DNA from: Shigella phage ESh22 | Length of the DNA: 64,000 nucleotides | Sequence record: ON528732 | Direction: 5' to 3' (one strand) | In this document: positions 26,565-35,559 of the stretch, in pieces | Position numbering within the stretch: the stretch's first letter is position 1 | How the letters are laid out: each line of letters opens with the position of its first letter | The notes under the pieces: generated by a model | What the model saw: only the letters and a program-made list of their open reading frames with translations | The model's database searches: none | What the model was told of the DNA's origin: nothing | Position numbers and translations under genes: made by a program

Positions 26565-27090
26565 ATTTTACCTTTTTAATGTTTGTTGCAAACTCACATT
26601 GAGCAAGCAGTTGCATGTTATTGTACACGTCTTGAGAGTATTGTCTAGCCTTTGGAATCTTATATTTGTAACCAGCATTATAAGATGCTAAGACACGCTT
26701 CATAGAATACTTTCCATTTGGGTGACCATGTACATTTGTCCAGAAAAGAAGTTCCTTGTGAGCCTCTTTAGCTGAGTAATGGAAATCACTGATAAGCTTT
26801 CTCTTTGCAACGTTAGGTGAAATCTTGTTACGCTTTACAACAGTCTTCAAATGATTCTGGAACACTCCATAATCGTGAGTCTTTTTATTAACAACCTTGA
26901 CACCTAATTGTGACTCTTGTAAGGCTATAGCTGCTAATGGGATTCCCCAACCTTGTCCCATCTCTTTCTCGCCATAATTGTAAGCCTTTAACATGTTAAC
27001 TTTCTGGCTAATTGTTAGTTCTGGACAATCTGACGCTGTAGCAACCTGTGCTGTTAATAATAAGCACAAACCTAAAATGAATTTCTTCAT
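26542..27090 (-). CDS. secreted lytic transglycosylase (SLT domain)
   Basis: Track ORF 26542..27114; start moved to ATG at 27090 with AGGAGA RBS; signal peptide; ALQESQ catalytic motif, YNAGY. Confidence 0.6.
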   Translation of the reverse strand: MKKFILGLCLLLTAQVATASDCPELTISQKVNMLKAYNYGEKEMGQGWGIPLAAIALQESQLGVKVVNKKTHDYGVFQNHLKTVVKRNKISPNVAKRKLISDFHYSAKEAHKELLFWTNVHGHPNGKYSMKRVLASYNAGYKYKIPKARQYSQDVYNNMQLLAQCEFATNIKKVKYERIKTI

Positions 27091-27151
27091 TGGGTCTCCT
27101 ATTTTGTTAAACATGCAGACAATTATACACCATCCTGCACATTTTTCAAAT

Positions 27152-27176
27152 AAAAAAGGCTGCCGAAGCAGCCCTT
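27152..27176 (-). terminator. rho-independent terminator after rIIB-like gene
   Basis: Minus-strand hairpin GGGCTGCTTCGGCAGCC followed by TTTTTTATTT. Confidence 0.6.
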
Positions 27177-27191
27177 TAGGATTCTTACTAA

Positions 27192-28301
27192 TTAAACTTC
27201 ACGTTTACGCTGAGAAATCAGTTCACCAGCAGTACCTACAACTACGTGTAGTGCTTCTGAACCATCCCACTCTTTAACAACTTCACGACGGCCATTCACG
27301 ATTGCTGCTACTTCATAACGGGAAGCTCGCATTTTCATATCTTGGTAATCAGTTGGTACTGATACAACATCTCGTGGGTGTACACGAACTTTCAGGATGG
27401 TATCTCCAGAGAAGCTTGTTACATAATCCCAAGCACCAACATGAAGACCCTGAGAGCAAGTTACGTTACGGTTATTATCAACCATCCAACGTGGCATCTC
27501 TACAATGTTACCCAAATCATTAGGAACCTTGCAAGTACGAGAGTCAAACAGTTTACCACCACGGCTAGTTACTTTCTTCCAACCAATAATGTAACCTTCT
27601 TCGTCAATCTCAACGTCAAGATGTGATACGAATCCCCAAAGTTGTTCTACAGAATCTTTGGATGGGTTCTCCATCAGCTTCTCGAAGAACGCTAATAGAT
27701 GGGTAAATCCTTCATCACCATTCTTCATCATGGTCAGGATACGGTCTACCAGAGTTGAACGCATCTGAACAGCACCGTAGTACAGGTTATCACCCTTGAT
27801 AGTGATAGCACCCTGAGTGAAGTTCTCAATAGACTTACGGATATTCATAAGGTCAAATGCTTTCTTGTACTCACCTGAAACGACTGCTACTTTGATTTCT
27901 GCAAAGTTTGGATGAGTTGATTCAACAATCTCAGACTCTGCACCGAAAGTCATGATAACAGAATCACCAGTAATCATGTACTCAATCTTGCTGTTACTTT
28001 GCATTGCATCATGTAGAGCATTTACTGGTTCGGCTTTGACTTCTTCTTTCTTAACAGCTTTTACAACAGTAGTCTTGGAAGTTGCTTTCTTAGAAGTCTT
28101 AGCAGCTTTTGCAATAGACTTCAGAGTTTTGGCTAGTTTAGCTGGAGCCTTATCCAGAGTTGCTTGGTGACGTTCTACAGCACGACCAACAGAACGAGTT
28201 GAAGTTTTGTAACGATTTGCAATGGCAGTCTTGGTCAGTTTACCTTCCATTACCAGTGCATAGATTTCTGCGTCGATTTGTGCTTTAGTTTTAGTAGTCA
28301 T
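27192..28301 (-). CDS. rIIB: rIIB-like protein
   Basis: 369 aa; lies immediately downstream of the rIIA-like gene in the T4-type order; no motif-level support of its own. Confidence 0.45.
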   Translation of the reverse strand: MTTKTKAQIDAEIYALVMEGKLTKTAIANRYKTSTRSVGRAVERHQATLDKAPAKLAKTLKSIAKAAKTSKKATSKTTVVKAVKKEEVKAEPVNALHDAMQSNSKIEYMITGDSVIMTFGAESEIVESTHPNFAEIKVAVVSGEYKKAFDLMNIRKSIENFTQGAITIKGDNLYYGAVQMRSTLVDRILTMMKNGDEGFTHLLAFFEKLMENPSKDSVEQLWGFVSHLDVEIDEEGYIIGWKKVTSRGGKLFDSRTCKVPNDLGNIVEMPRWMVDNNRNVTCSQGLHVGAWDYVTSFSGDTILKVRVHPRDVVSVPTDYQDMKMRASRYEVAAIVNGRREVVKEWDGSEALHVVVGTAGELISQRKREV

Positions 28302-28336
28302 CTTAATATCTCTCTTTAGTTAATTAACAGTTTCGT

Positions 28337-28365
28337 ATTCTAAGGGGCTTTTCAGCCCCTGTCAA
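28337..28365 (-). promoter_or_regulatory. sigma70-like promoter TTGACA-N17-TAGAAT with GGGGCTGAAAAGCCCC palindrome in the spacer
   Basis: Minus strand TTGACA, AGGGGCTGAAAAGCCCCT, TAGAAT about 30 nt upstream of rIIB-like start. Confidence 0.5.
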
Positions 28366-28371
28366 ACTCTT

Positions 28372-30741
28372 TTAAGACCAAGAATTAGTATCTTCTGGGA
28401 TGTGCTTAACATCAAACCCTAAGAACTTACCAACCTCAACAGGTGATACTTTATTCCAGTCTAAGTTAGAAAGCAAGAAGTTTTCTGTGCGACGATGCTC
28501 AAAATACTTCTCAATTTTCCTTTTAAGACGGCTCTTAGCTTTGTCAAGAGACTGTCTCATCTTAGTCTTAGGCCGCATTGCTTTACGTAAGGACTCCAGA
28601 ACACTGCTAGTACCCTCATAAGCAATAGTCCCAGCAGAGTAAGCCAAACGTCCAAACATTGCTTCTACAGCGTCTTCGTTACCTTCTAAGAACATCGTAA
28701 ATTTGATATCCTTGGAGTAAACATAACCTTTAGACTTCTTCTTATTATTAAACGTAAATTCACGAGAAATAATATGTTTATCAGTCAGGTCACACTTATT
28801 TGCAGCCCACTGGTAAATCATGTGACGATGGTAATCTACCCAATGAGAACTGTCAACATAATCTTTGAAGACTTGTTCAGTTACTTCAATCCAGTCTTCC
28901 GGTACTTTCTTCCAGTTTGCTTTACGGAAGACATACACAGACTGCCCAGTTAACTCTGTCACGAGTTTAGCAGCAGTCTCTGGAGAACATGAGAACAAGC
29001 CACCAATTACTTCATCACTTTGTGCTTTGATGTAAAGTTGTGGTTCTTCAATCTCATCAAAGTTCTCTTTAACTTCTGAGTAACCTACTTGGTCATCATT
29101 GAAGACAAAAGCTTTGTAGAGTTTAACAACTCCACGAGTAATTGTACGTTTCTCGTAATGGTGCTCTTTAGATGACATATTGTGAACACTTAGCAGACTC
29201 TTATCAAGCATGTGTAGCGTTACAAACGCATCAAATTGTTCCTGACTGTTAAACAGGAATGCAATACCATTGTAGCGACGGAAGTTTGACTCTTCTTGTT
29301 CACGGTCACGGCAAGCACCACGAATAATCTGATTCTTACCAGTTGTCTTTTCAGTACCATTCTTGTTTCGACGGTCATTGATAAGGAACAGGTAATTGCT
29401 CAACTTATCTTTACTCATTGCACCGAAGATACTAAACATTGCAGAGTCTTGTGTATGCGTGGCTGAAGTTGCACGAATACGATTCTCAAGACTGCTGTAT
29501 TTGTAGTATGCAACAGGTTCATACAAGTTACCGATATTAGGAACCTGATTACCATCTTTGTCAAGACGGAAGTTACCATTCTCATCTTTTAAGAAGGATG
29601 GTGAACCATCAGTCTCAGCCAATTGACCACGGCGAATACCCAAAAGTTTACGTTCAAGGTCTGCTAAGTTCTGACCTTGCCACTCTAACTTATCATTAAC
29701 GTGATAGAATATTTCACGAGCATTCTTCCTCATATCATCATAAGCTTGTGCAGCGTCAATCAACGTGGGTTTGTCTGCAACCTCTTTAATAACATCCTCA
29801 ACAATAGTTGAAGTAATCTTTTTAACTGCTTCAACAATTTTGTTTTTGGTAGTGTCGTTCATCTGCAATGCTTCACGAGATGCAGCAATAGCCACTGAAC
29901 CAATCGGCATGTAGATGTTTACAAGGTCTACAGAACTACGGAAGAACTGAGGCAGAACCGTTGTAAATTCTGAACCAAGTAATTCACCCATTTCAACAGG
30001 GTATGCAATATTCCCCATTACAACGTTGAAGTGAACACTGTTATTGTTTGAGCGCCAACCCTCTTTGTATTTCATTGCATCATAAACACCATCTTCACGA
30101 GAGATTGAAGTCATTGCTGCAAGAATATCGAAGAACTCAATGTTGCAATCTGGTTTAACTTTAAAGTATGAGAATACATTACTTGCTTCTTCTTGGAACT
30201 TAGAAATGCGACTCTCAGAGACTGCTACTCGAACTGCTAAACCATTTGGTTCAGTTGTTGGGTTAGTAGTCAGTTTAGTAACTTGAGGAATACCATTCTC
30301 AAGATATACAGAGTACTTGTTAACAACACCATCAACGTAGCTTGATACAGTGAATGATTGAGCAATTGCAAACGGTGACTTTGAACCGATACCCATAGCA
30401 CCGATGTAGTCATTTGAGTCATTCTTTGTTGACTCTCCGTAGGTCATGTAAAGTTTCATTACTTTATCATGGGTCAATCCAGTACCAAAGTCTCGAACTT
30501 CAAAGTACGGCTCAAAACGAGTTGGTAAGTGAACCAAGAAAGGTTTATCACTATTACCTGAATCAATGTGAGCATCTACTGCGTTACAGGATAACTCACG
30601 AATTACAGCACGTTCTTTGTAGGTGTATACACCAGAACTCAGAAGACTAAACATTTCAGGTGTCATCTTAATCTGAGCTTGAGAAGTTTCTAAAGTGTCT
30701 GAACTTTTGATAATCTCTGCGTGGTCATTTACCATACGCAT
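28372..30741 (-). CDS. rIIA: rIIA-like protein with N-terminal GHKL ATPase domain
   Basis: 789 aa; GHKL N-box RELSCNAVDAH, G1 RDFGTGL, G2 IGAMGIGSKSPF, recalled as matching T4 rIIA N-terminus. Confidence 0.65.
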   Translation of the reverse strand: MRMVNDHAEIIKSSDTLETSQAQIKMTPEMFSLLSSGVYTYKERAVIRELSCNAVDAHIDSGNSDKPFLVHLPTRFEPYFEVRDFGTGLTHDKVMKLYMTYGESTKNDSNDYIGAMGIGSKSPFAIAQSFTVSSYVDGVVNKYSVYLENGIPQVTKLTTNPTTEPNGLAVRVAVSESRISKFQEEASNVFSYFKVKPDCNIEFFDILAAMTSISREDGVYDAMKYKEGWRSNNNSVHFNVVMGNIAYPVEMGELLGSEFTTVLPQFFRSSVDLVNIYMPIGSVAIAASREALQMNDTTKNKIVEAVKKITSTIVEDVIKEVADKPTLIDAAQAYDDMRKNAREIFYHVNDKLEWQGQNLADLERKLLGIRRGQLAETDGSPSFLKDENGNFRLDKDGNQVPNIGNLYEPVAYYKYSSLENRIRATSATHTQDSAMFSIFGAMSKDKLSNYLFLINDRRNKNGTEKTTGKNQIIRGACRDREQEESNFRRYNGIAFLFNSQEQFDAFVTLHMLDKSLLSVHNMSSKEHHYEKRTITRGVVKLYKAFVFNDDQVGYSEVKENFDEIEEPQLYIKAQSDEVIGGLFSCSPETAAKLVTELTGQSVYVFRKANWKKVPEDWIEVTEQVFKDYVDSSHWVDYHRHMIYQWAANKCDLTDKHIISREFTFNNKKKSKGYVYSKDIKFTMFLEGNEDAVEAMFGRLAYSAGTIAYEGTSSVLESLRKAMRPKTKMRQSLDKAKSRLKRKIEKYFEHRRTENFLLSNLDWNKVSPVEVGKFLGFDVKHIPEDTNSWS

Positions 30742-30804
30742 AACAGGATTCCTCTTTGTTGTTTGGTGAGGTAACTATATTCTTTTATAGATACCTCTGT
30801 CAAG

Positions 30805-30984
30805 TTACTTTTTAAATTTCTTTCCAGTTCCGTTACAGTAAGGGCAACAATGCCCAATACCAGCTATTCCAGAACCTTCACACTCATTACATGGTTCAGT
30901 CTCTGCAAAGTACTTGCAAAGCAATACTGCAATAGCAACAATACAACCAAGTGATAAGATAATCTCTAACCAATAACCTTGCAT
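30805..30984 (-). CDS. small membrane protein with DnaJ-like Cys-rich zinc-finger motif
   Basis: 59 aa ORF below track cut-off; TM segment then CNECEGSG...CCPYCNGTG. Confidence 0.35.
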   Translation of the reverse strand: MQGYWLEIILSLGCIVAIAVLLCKYFAETEPCNECEGSGIAGIGHCCPYCNGTGKKFKK

Positions 30985-31301
30985 ACATTCTCTCCTACAG
31001 TTTTGAACAGGATAAAGCTTCTGTCATGAACGATGCTTGAAGAGACTGCAAAATTATCTTCAAGGATTCTTTTGTTCGGATTATAGAAGTGTTCACAGAA
31101 CAGGTCAAGGGCTTCTTGGTGATTTTGTGGAAGACCTTTGATGTAAACCTTCAAAGTAATCGTTGTATGAATCTCAGAAGCAAGTTGAGTCTGAGCTTCC
31201 TGCATAATCTTGTTAACAAACTTATAACCATCTTCAGTACATTTGATGTTTTCCCAACGTTCTTCTAAGATAAGGTTGATATTCATCTGCTTAATTTTCA
31301 T
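30966..31301 (-). CDS. hypothetical protein
   Basis: 111 aa ORF. Confidence 0.45.
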   Translation of the reverse strand: MKIKQMNINLILEERWENIKCTEDGYKFVNKIMQEAQTQLASEIHTTITLKVYIKGLPQNHQEALDLFCEHFYNPNKRILEDNFAVSSSIVHDRSFILFKTVGENVCKVIG

Positions 31302-31316
31302 AGCATTCTCCAGAAA

Positions 31317-31342
31317 TTAAAAAGGCTCCCGTAGGAGCCTCT
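31317..31342 (-). terminator. rho-independent terminator after NAMPT-like gene
   Basis: Minus-strand hairpin GGCTCCTACGGGAGCC followed by TTTTT. Confidence 0.6.
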
Positions 31343-31354
31343 TATAATACTCAG

Positions 31355-33181
31355 TTAGAGTTGTTTGTCAATGTTATTTCGAACATCACGAAGGTTTACA
31401 TAACCATATGGTTGAGAGTTGCTAAACACCAACTTCAAAGCACATTCTGGATTATCCAGTACACCTTCAAACTCTGCAAAGCCAAAGCCGTCTACAGCTT
31501 CCAGTTTATCACCGTCACACATAGGAACTACACCACCAAAAGCAGACTTCTTAAGACCACTGTCAGTTTTAGGGTCTTTTGCCAGCATGATTTCTTCACC
31601 GTCCATCTGAGCAAGAGTAGCCTTGACAGCAAATGCAAAGGTATCACGAGTCAGGTACTGGTAAGTGTATGAACCAACACCAAAGACCACGTTAGAGCTT
31701 GCAAAACCTTTGTCAGCAAGACGACCAAGAATCTCATTAGCTCGCTCAAGGGTGATAGAATCACCATAGATTAAACCGATGTGCTCATCCAGTACTTTGT
31801 AACCTTTACTGTTCACACGACCACCAAAGATGTTGTAGAGAGTTGGGATAGCCCCATCAATCTCTGCTGTCAGCATACGCTTAACAACAATATTTCCGGT
31901 CTTATTAAAATCTTTCAAGTTAACTGTTTCAGCAGTTTCAAAATCTTCTTTATCAACAACTAACTCATAACCTTCAGAGATAAGCCATGCAGCAAACCCA
32001 TAACCCATATCCTGCAACTCACAATACTGAATAAGATTCAGGAGTTTATCATTGTTCGGTGCAATTTCTTTCATATGTTTGTAGAACATACTCTTGGCAT
32101 TTTCCCACTCAACAGCACGATAACCAGCAACAATGTGAATGGGGTCTCCAGAGTCTGGACGTATTACCAGTTTACCTTCACGCTTCAGGATAACTTCACG
32201 GAGTTCTGGGAGAATCTCTGTAACAGTACGCCAGAAGTTGTAAGTATCTGAAACAACACTTGCAATACCAGTTGGATATACGTCTACCAGTAAATGCTCA
32301 AAGGTTTTAACCTCACCACGCCAACGTTTTGCATCCAGCAAGCTATCAGACTGCATGATGTACTGTGAATGAATATCTTCCTCTGACAAGTCTTTCATAT
32401 TCCATGAAATGTTTGCGCACATCACAGAGTGTTCAGTAGCTGGTACAGAGTTGCCGATATCACTTACTTCCATAAACTGACCATAAGCACGTTTAGCAGT
32501 GTAGACAGCAGGGAAGCTGTCAGTACCTTTAAAGCTTGTCAGGTGACCTACAGCGTTAAAAGCATCATCTGTAAAGCCTGACATACCACGCATTGCAAAA
32601 TCATGACACTGCCAAGGTAAATGGAAGTCATTATCACAGGTTACATCAGCCCATTGCTTACAGATGCGTTTGTAGTGTAATGCAATAGTGGCAATCGTAG
32701 AAGCTTTCCAAATTTCAGCAGAGAAAGCATCTTCCAGATATCCAGCTACCCAATGGAAGCCCTCTACAGTATTCTTGAAGATAATCATTGGAACACGCAT
32801 TGGAACCACTGTACCCTCTTCTACAGAGTAGACTTCGACTGGCAGATAGCCTAAATCGTGAAGTTCTTCCCAATGCTCACGACCAATCGCATCTGCACCG
32901 AGAACACCGTTCATGATTTCTAAGATTTCGTCAACAACTTCTTTCTTATCTCGTTCAAAGAAGGTAGCATTCCAGTGGTCTACTAAGTAATCTTTAACGA
33001 AACGTTGAATACCAAAAGCAACTACACCGTCAATATCAAGTGGAGTGTTAAACCACTTATCACCACGAGGTGTAAGATTTAGCATCAGATACTGTGTAGC
33101 ACTTGGGTACTGGTAGATATGGCCAGCTTTGTAAGCATCCGCATTAAGACCTGCTGGTACTGCATAAACTGATTTAGACAT
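31355..33181 (-). CDS. NAMPT-family phosphoribosyltransferase homologue; candidate Namat of a NARP1-type NAD+ reconstitution pathway, or canonical NadV
   Basis: Track ORF starts at TTG 33223; ATG at 33181 preferred. Aligns by eye to NAMPT blocks: DAYKAGHIYQYP, HDFAMRGMS...SFKGTDS, SVPATEHS, SVVSDTYN, IRPDSGDP, YGDS. Confidence 0.7.
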   Translation of the reverse strand: MSKSVYAVPAGLNADAYKAGHIYQYPSATQYLMLNLTPRGDKWFNTPLDIDGVVAFGIQRFVKDYLVDHWNATFFERDKKEVVDEILEIMNGVLGADAIGREHWEELHDLGYLPVEVYSVEEGTVVPMRVPMIIFKNTVEGFHWVAGYLEDAFSAEIWKASTIATIALHYKRICKQWADVTCDNDFHLPWQCHDFAMRGMSGFTDDAFNAVGHLTSFKGTDSFPAVYTAKRAYGQFMEVSDIGNSVPATEHSVMCANISWNMKDLSEEDIHSQYIMQSDSLLDAKRWRGEVKTFEHLLVDVYPTGIASVVSDTYNFWRTVTEILPELREVILKREGKLVIRPDSGDPIHIVAGYRAVEWENAKSMFYKHMKEIAPNNDKLLNLIQYCELQDMGYGFAAWLISEGYELVVDKEDFETAETVNLKDFNKTGNIVVKRMLTAEIDGAIPTLYNIFGGRVNSKGYKVLDEHIGLIYGDSITLERANEILGRLADKGFASSNVVFGVGSYTYQYLTRDTFAFAVKATLAQMDGEEIMLAKDPKTDSGLKKSAFGGVVPMCDGDKLEAVDGFGFAEFEGVLDNPECALKLVFSNSQPYGYVNLRDVRNNIDKQL

Positions 33182-33229
33182 AATTTTATCTCTCTCAATA
33201 GTGGGGCTTTTCAGCCCCTTCAAAGTTTA

Positions 33230-34111
33230 TTACTCAATGTTTGCTACAGTTACTTGTGAGAACTGATTCAGACCACGGTCTTCAGCATCCCCTAGCGAGT
33301 TTGTAGTGTAGATATGGTCAATGCCATTGTCAAGAAGATTTTCAACACCTTTTGAGAAAATCCCATGAGTTACATAAAGTTCTACACGGCTTGCACCAGC
33401 TTCACGAAGATGTTTTGCAGCTTCTACAAAGGTACGACCACCATCACAGATATCATCGAGAATCATGACAGCTTTACCAGTTAAGTCTACATCATCAAGG
33501 ATTCGCATACCAGTGATTTCACCAGTTTTCAGATTACGAATCTTAGCCATTGTGATATATGGCTTATCAACCTCTTTAGCAGCCTCTTCAGTCTTCTTGG
33601 CTGCACCTGCATCTGGAGCCACTAAGAAATCAATACGTGGGTCACTTGCAAAGTGTACTGCTGCTTCTTTCTGGGGCAGGTTATGGAAGCACTTAAACAA
33701 GTTCTCTGCTACGTTGCTGTGAGTATCTAAAGCACATACTGCATCAAACTCCATAGCATTTACCAGATTTGCAAAGACTTTCAATGCTGCTGCATCACCT
33801 TTAAACATGTGACGGTCATAACGAGCATTTGGTAAGAAGCCAAATACAGCAGTCTTCATAGTTGATTTCTGAGGAATTAGTTTGTCAATAGCTTCTTTCG
33901 CCAGAGCTAAAGCAAACAGAGTATCTTTGTCGTAACCCTGTACAGTGAGGATTACATTCTCAATCTGGGAAGCATTCTGTTCAGCATAGGCTACTAGGTC
34001 TTCTGAGAAGTTACCACCAATTTCTCCAGACGGAAACTGGATAATGTTGAACTCTTCTTGGTGAGCACCTTTTTTACGTGAGTGTAACAGTACACTAATA
34101 ATAGTTTTCAT
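33230..34111 (-). CDS. ribose-phosphate pyrophosphokinase (Prs) homologue; candidate Adps of a NARP1-type pathway
   Basis: 293 aa; PRPP-binding-type motif ILDDICDGGRT and VAPDAGAAKK; directly upstream of the NAMPT-like gene on the same strand. Confidence 0.65.
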   Translation of the reverse strand: MKTIISVLLHSRKKGAHQEEFNIIQFPSGEIGGNFSEDLVAYAEQNASQIENVILTVQGYDKDTLFALALAKEAIDKLIPQKSTMKTAVFGFLPNARYDRHMFKGDAAALKVFANLVNAMEFDAVCALDTHSNVAENLFKCFHNLPQKEAAVHFASDPRIDFLVAPDAGAAKKTEEAAKEVDKPYITMAKIRNLKTGEITGMRILDDVDLTGKAVMILDDICDGGRTFVEAAKHLREAGASRVELYVTHGIFSKGVENLLDNGIDHIYTTNSLGDAEDRGLNQFSQVTVANIE

Positions 34112-34123
34112 ATTTAATATCTC

Positions 34124-34417
34124 TCAATCAAAAGTTACAAAGGTTACAGCCATAGCTGTTTTGCATTTCTTTGGGTCTACAGTATGATAAATCACTAAAC
34201 AGTTACCTGTACCGTCTGGAACTGGTTTTGTCCAAGTGCGTTCAATGTTTGGCTCTCCAAACTCTTTGTAGTAGCCATTAGATTGATGGTCTACCATCTC
34301 AAGTGCAAGGGCATCTGGAACGTGACCACGTATCATGTACATTTCACAACCGTTACCACCTTCACTAATAAGTTCTTTGATTTCCCATTGTTCTCTAGCC
34401 ATTATAAGTCGCCTCAT
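34124..34417 (-). CDS. hypothetical protein
   Basis: 97 aa ORF. Confidence 0.45.
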   Translation of the reverse strand: MRRLIMAREQWEIKELISEGGNGCEMYMIRGHVPDALALEMVDHQSNGYYKEFGEPNIERTWTKPVPDGTGNCLVIYHTVDPKKCKTAMAVTFVTFD

Positions 34418-34910
34418 AAACAGTCTCGAACTTCAACAAGAGAGATATTGCCAGAACTGCATATTCCTTGTCAAGCATTGGTGGCATATTATTTTTAATA
34501 TATTCTTTTTGTTCTGCATAGGTCATCTTAGGGGCTTCTAGAAGCTTCTCTCCTTGCTTCTGGTTATCAAGTTGAGTCTGGATAAACCAGTTAGAGCAAT
34601 GGTGCTCCCCACCCTTTGTAACGGGCTTATGGTGGCCTAATGTGAAAGATTGCTTACCAGAGTAACGGCAAAGCTTGTTAAGAGTAGCTATAGTGTTCTT
34701 TACAACACAGTACTCATAGAGGTTGTCAATAGTGTAGTGAGGGTAATATGCAAAGAGGGAACTATCACGGTACTTCCCACGATTCCAAAGAACCATGTGA
34801 TTAGAGTTTGAAGGGTCATATTGGTGAGACTCAATGAACTCTTGACGCTCATCAAAATCAAGACGTAAAACAGACATTGCAGCAGCACGTTTAAGGTTTG
34901 CGTAGTACAT
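34395..34910 (-). CDS. HNH endonuclease-like protein
   Basis: 171 aa; motif GHHKPVTKGGEHHCSNWFIQTQLDNQ. Confidence 0.4.
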   Translation of the reverse strand: MYYANLKRAAAMSVLRLDFDERQEFIESHQYDPSNSNHMVLWNRGKYRDSSLFAYYPHYTIDNLYEYCVVKNTIATLNKLCRYSGKQSFTLGHHKPVTKGGEHHCSNWFIQTQLDNQKQGEKLLEAPKMTYAEQKEYIKNNMPPMLDKEYAVLAISLLLKFETVYEATYNG

Positions 34911-34923
34911 GATTTCTCCAAAA

Positions 34924-34950
34924 TAAAAAGGGAACCTTTTACAGTTCCCT
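34924..34950 (-). terminator. rho-independent terminator
   Basis: Minus-strand hairpin GGGAACTGTAAAAGGTTCCC followed by TTTTTATTT. Confidence 0.55.
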
Positions 34951-34962
34951 AATCATATACTT

Positions 34963-35274
34963 TTACTGTGTGACTTTCAACACTTTGAAGAAACCTTCTT
35001 CACCGATGTTGCTTGTAACGTAATCTGTAGGTTTGATTGAATGGTTCAGACATACAATCTTCTTAGCTTTCTTGTCATAAGTCAGCTTAAGTTGTTTTAC
35101 CTCTTTGTCACTAGCTAGTGACTCATTGTACATCTTTACAGCTTTCTTAAACGGGATATATTCACCACCAAAAGCTAGAAAACCTGTGCCACAATAATGT
35201 GCATTATATTTCTCAACCATAAATTGGCACAGAACTGCAATCTGAATCTTACGAGTGTTATAAATCTTTTCCAT
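34963..35274 (-). CDS. hypothetical protein
   Basis: 103 aa ORF. Confidence 0.45.
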   Translation of the reverse strand: MEKIYNTRKIQIAVLCQFMVEKYNAHYCGTGFLAFGGEYIPFKKAVKMYNESLASDKEVKQLKLTYDKKAKKIVCLNHSIKPTDYVTSNIGEEGFFKVLKVTQ

Positions 35275-35286
35275 GTTGGGTATCCC

Positions 35287-35559
35287 TTATTTGCTACGTT
35301 TACGGTTGCGAGCTTTTTTAGCTGCACGTTTAATTGCTGCTGCACCAGACTGACGGTGAGCTTGCTTCTTACCACCTTTACCACGTCCAACGTGAATGTA
35401 AGGCTGCTGTTCAATCTGGCTTGCAAGAACCTGTGCAACTGCTGAAGCATCTACACCGACCTGCTTACCTGTCATAGAAACAATTGCTGCTGCTTTTGCC
35501 AGTGCCGCTAAGAAACCCGCTTTCATGTTACTAAAAATTCCCATTTTAATCTCTCTCAT
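35287..35559 (-). CDS. small basic protein
   Basis: 90 aa; Lys/Arg-rich C-terminus. Confidence 0.4.
   Translation of the reverse strand: MREIKMGIFSNMKAGFLAALAKAAAIVSMTGKQVGVDASAVAQVLASQIEQQPYIHVGRGKGGKKQAHRQSGAAAIKRAAKKARNRKRSK

Noticed and set aside
31355-33223. Track start of the NAMPT-like ORF at 33223
   Set aside because: Codon 33221-33223 is TTG and lies inside the intergenic palindrome; the in-frame ATG at 33181 with an upstream purine-rich RBS is the more plausible start.
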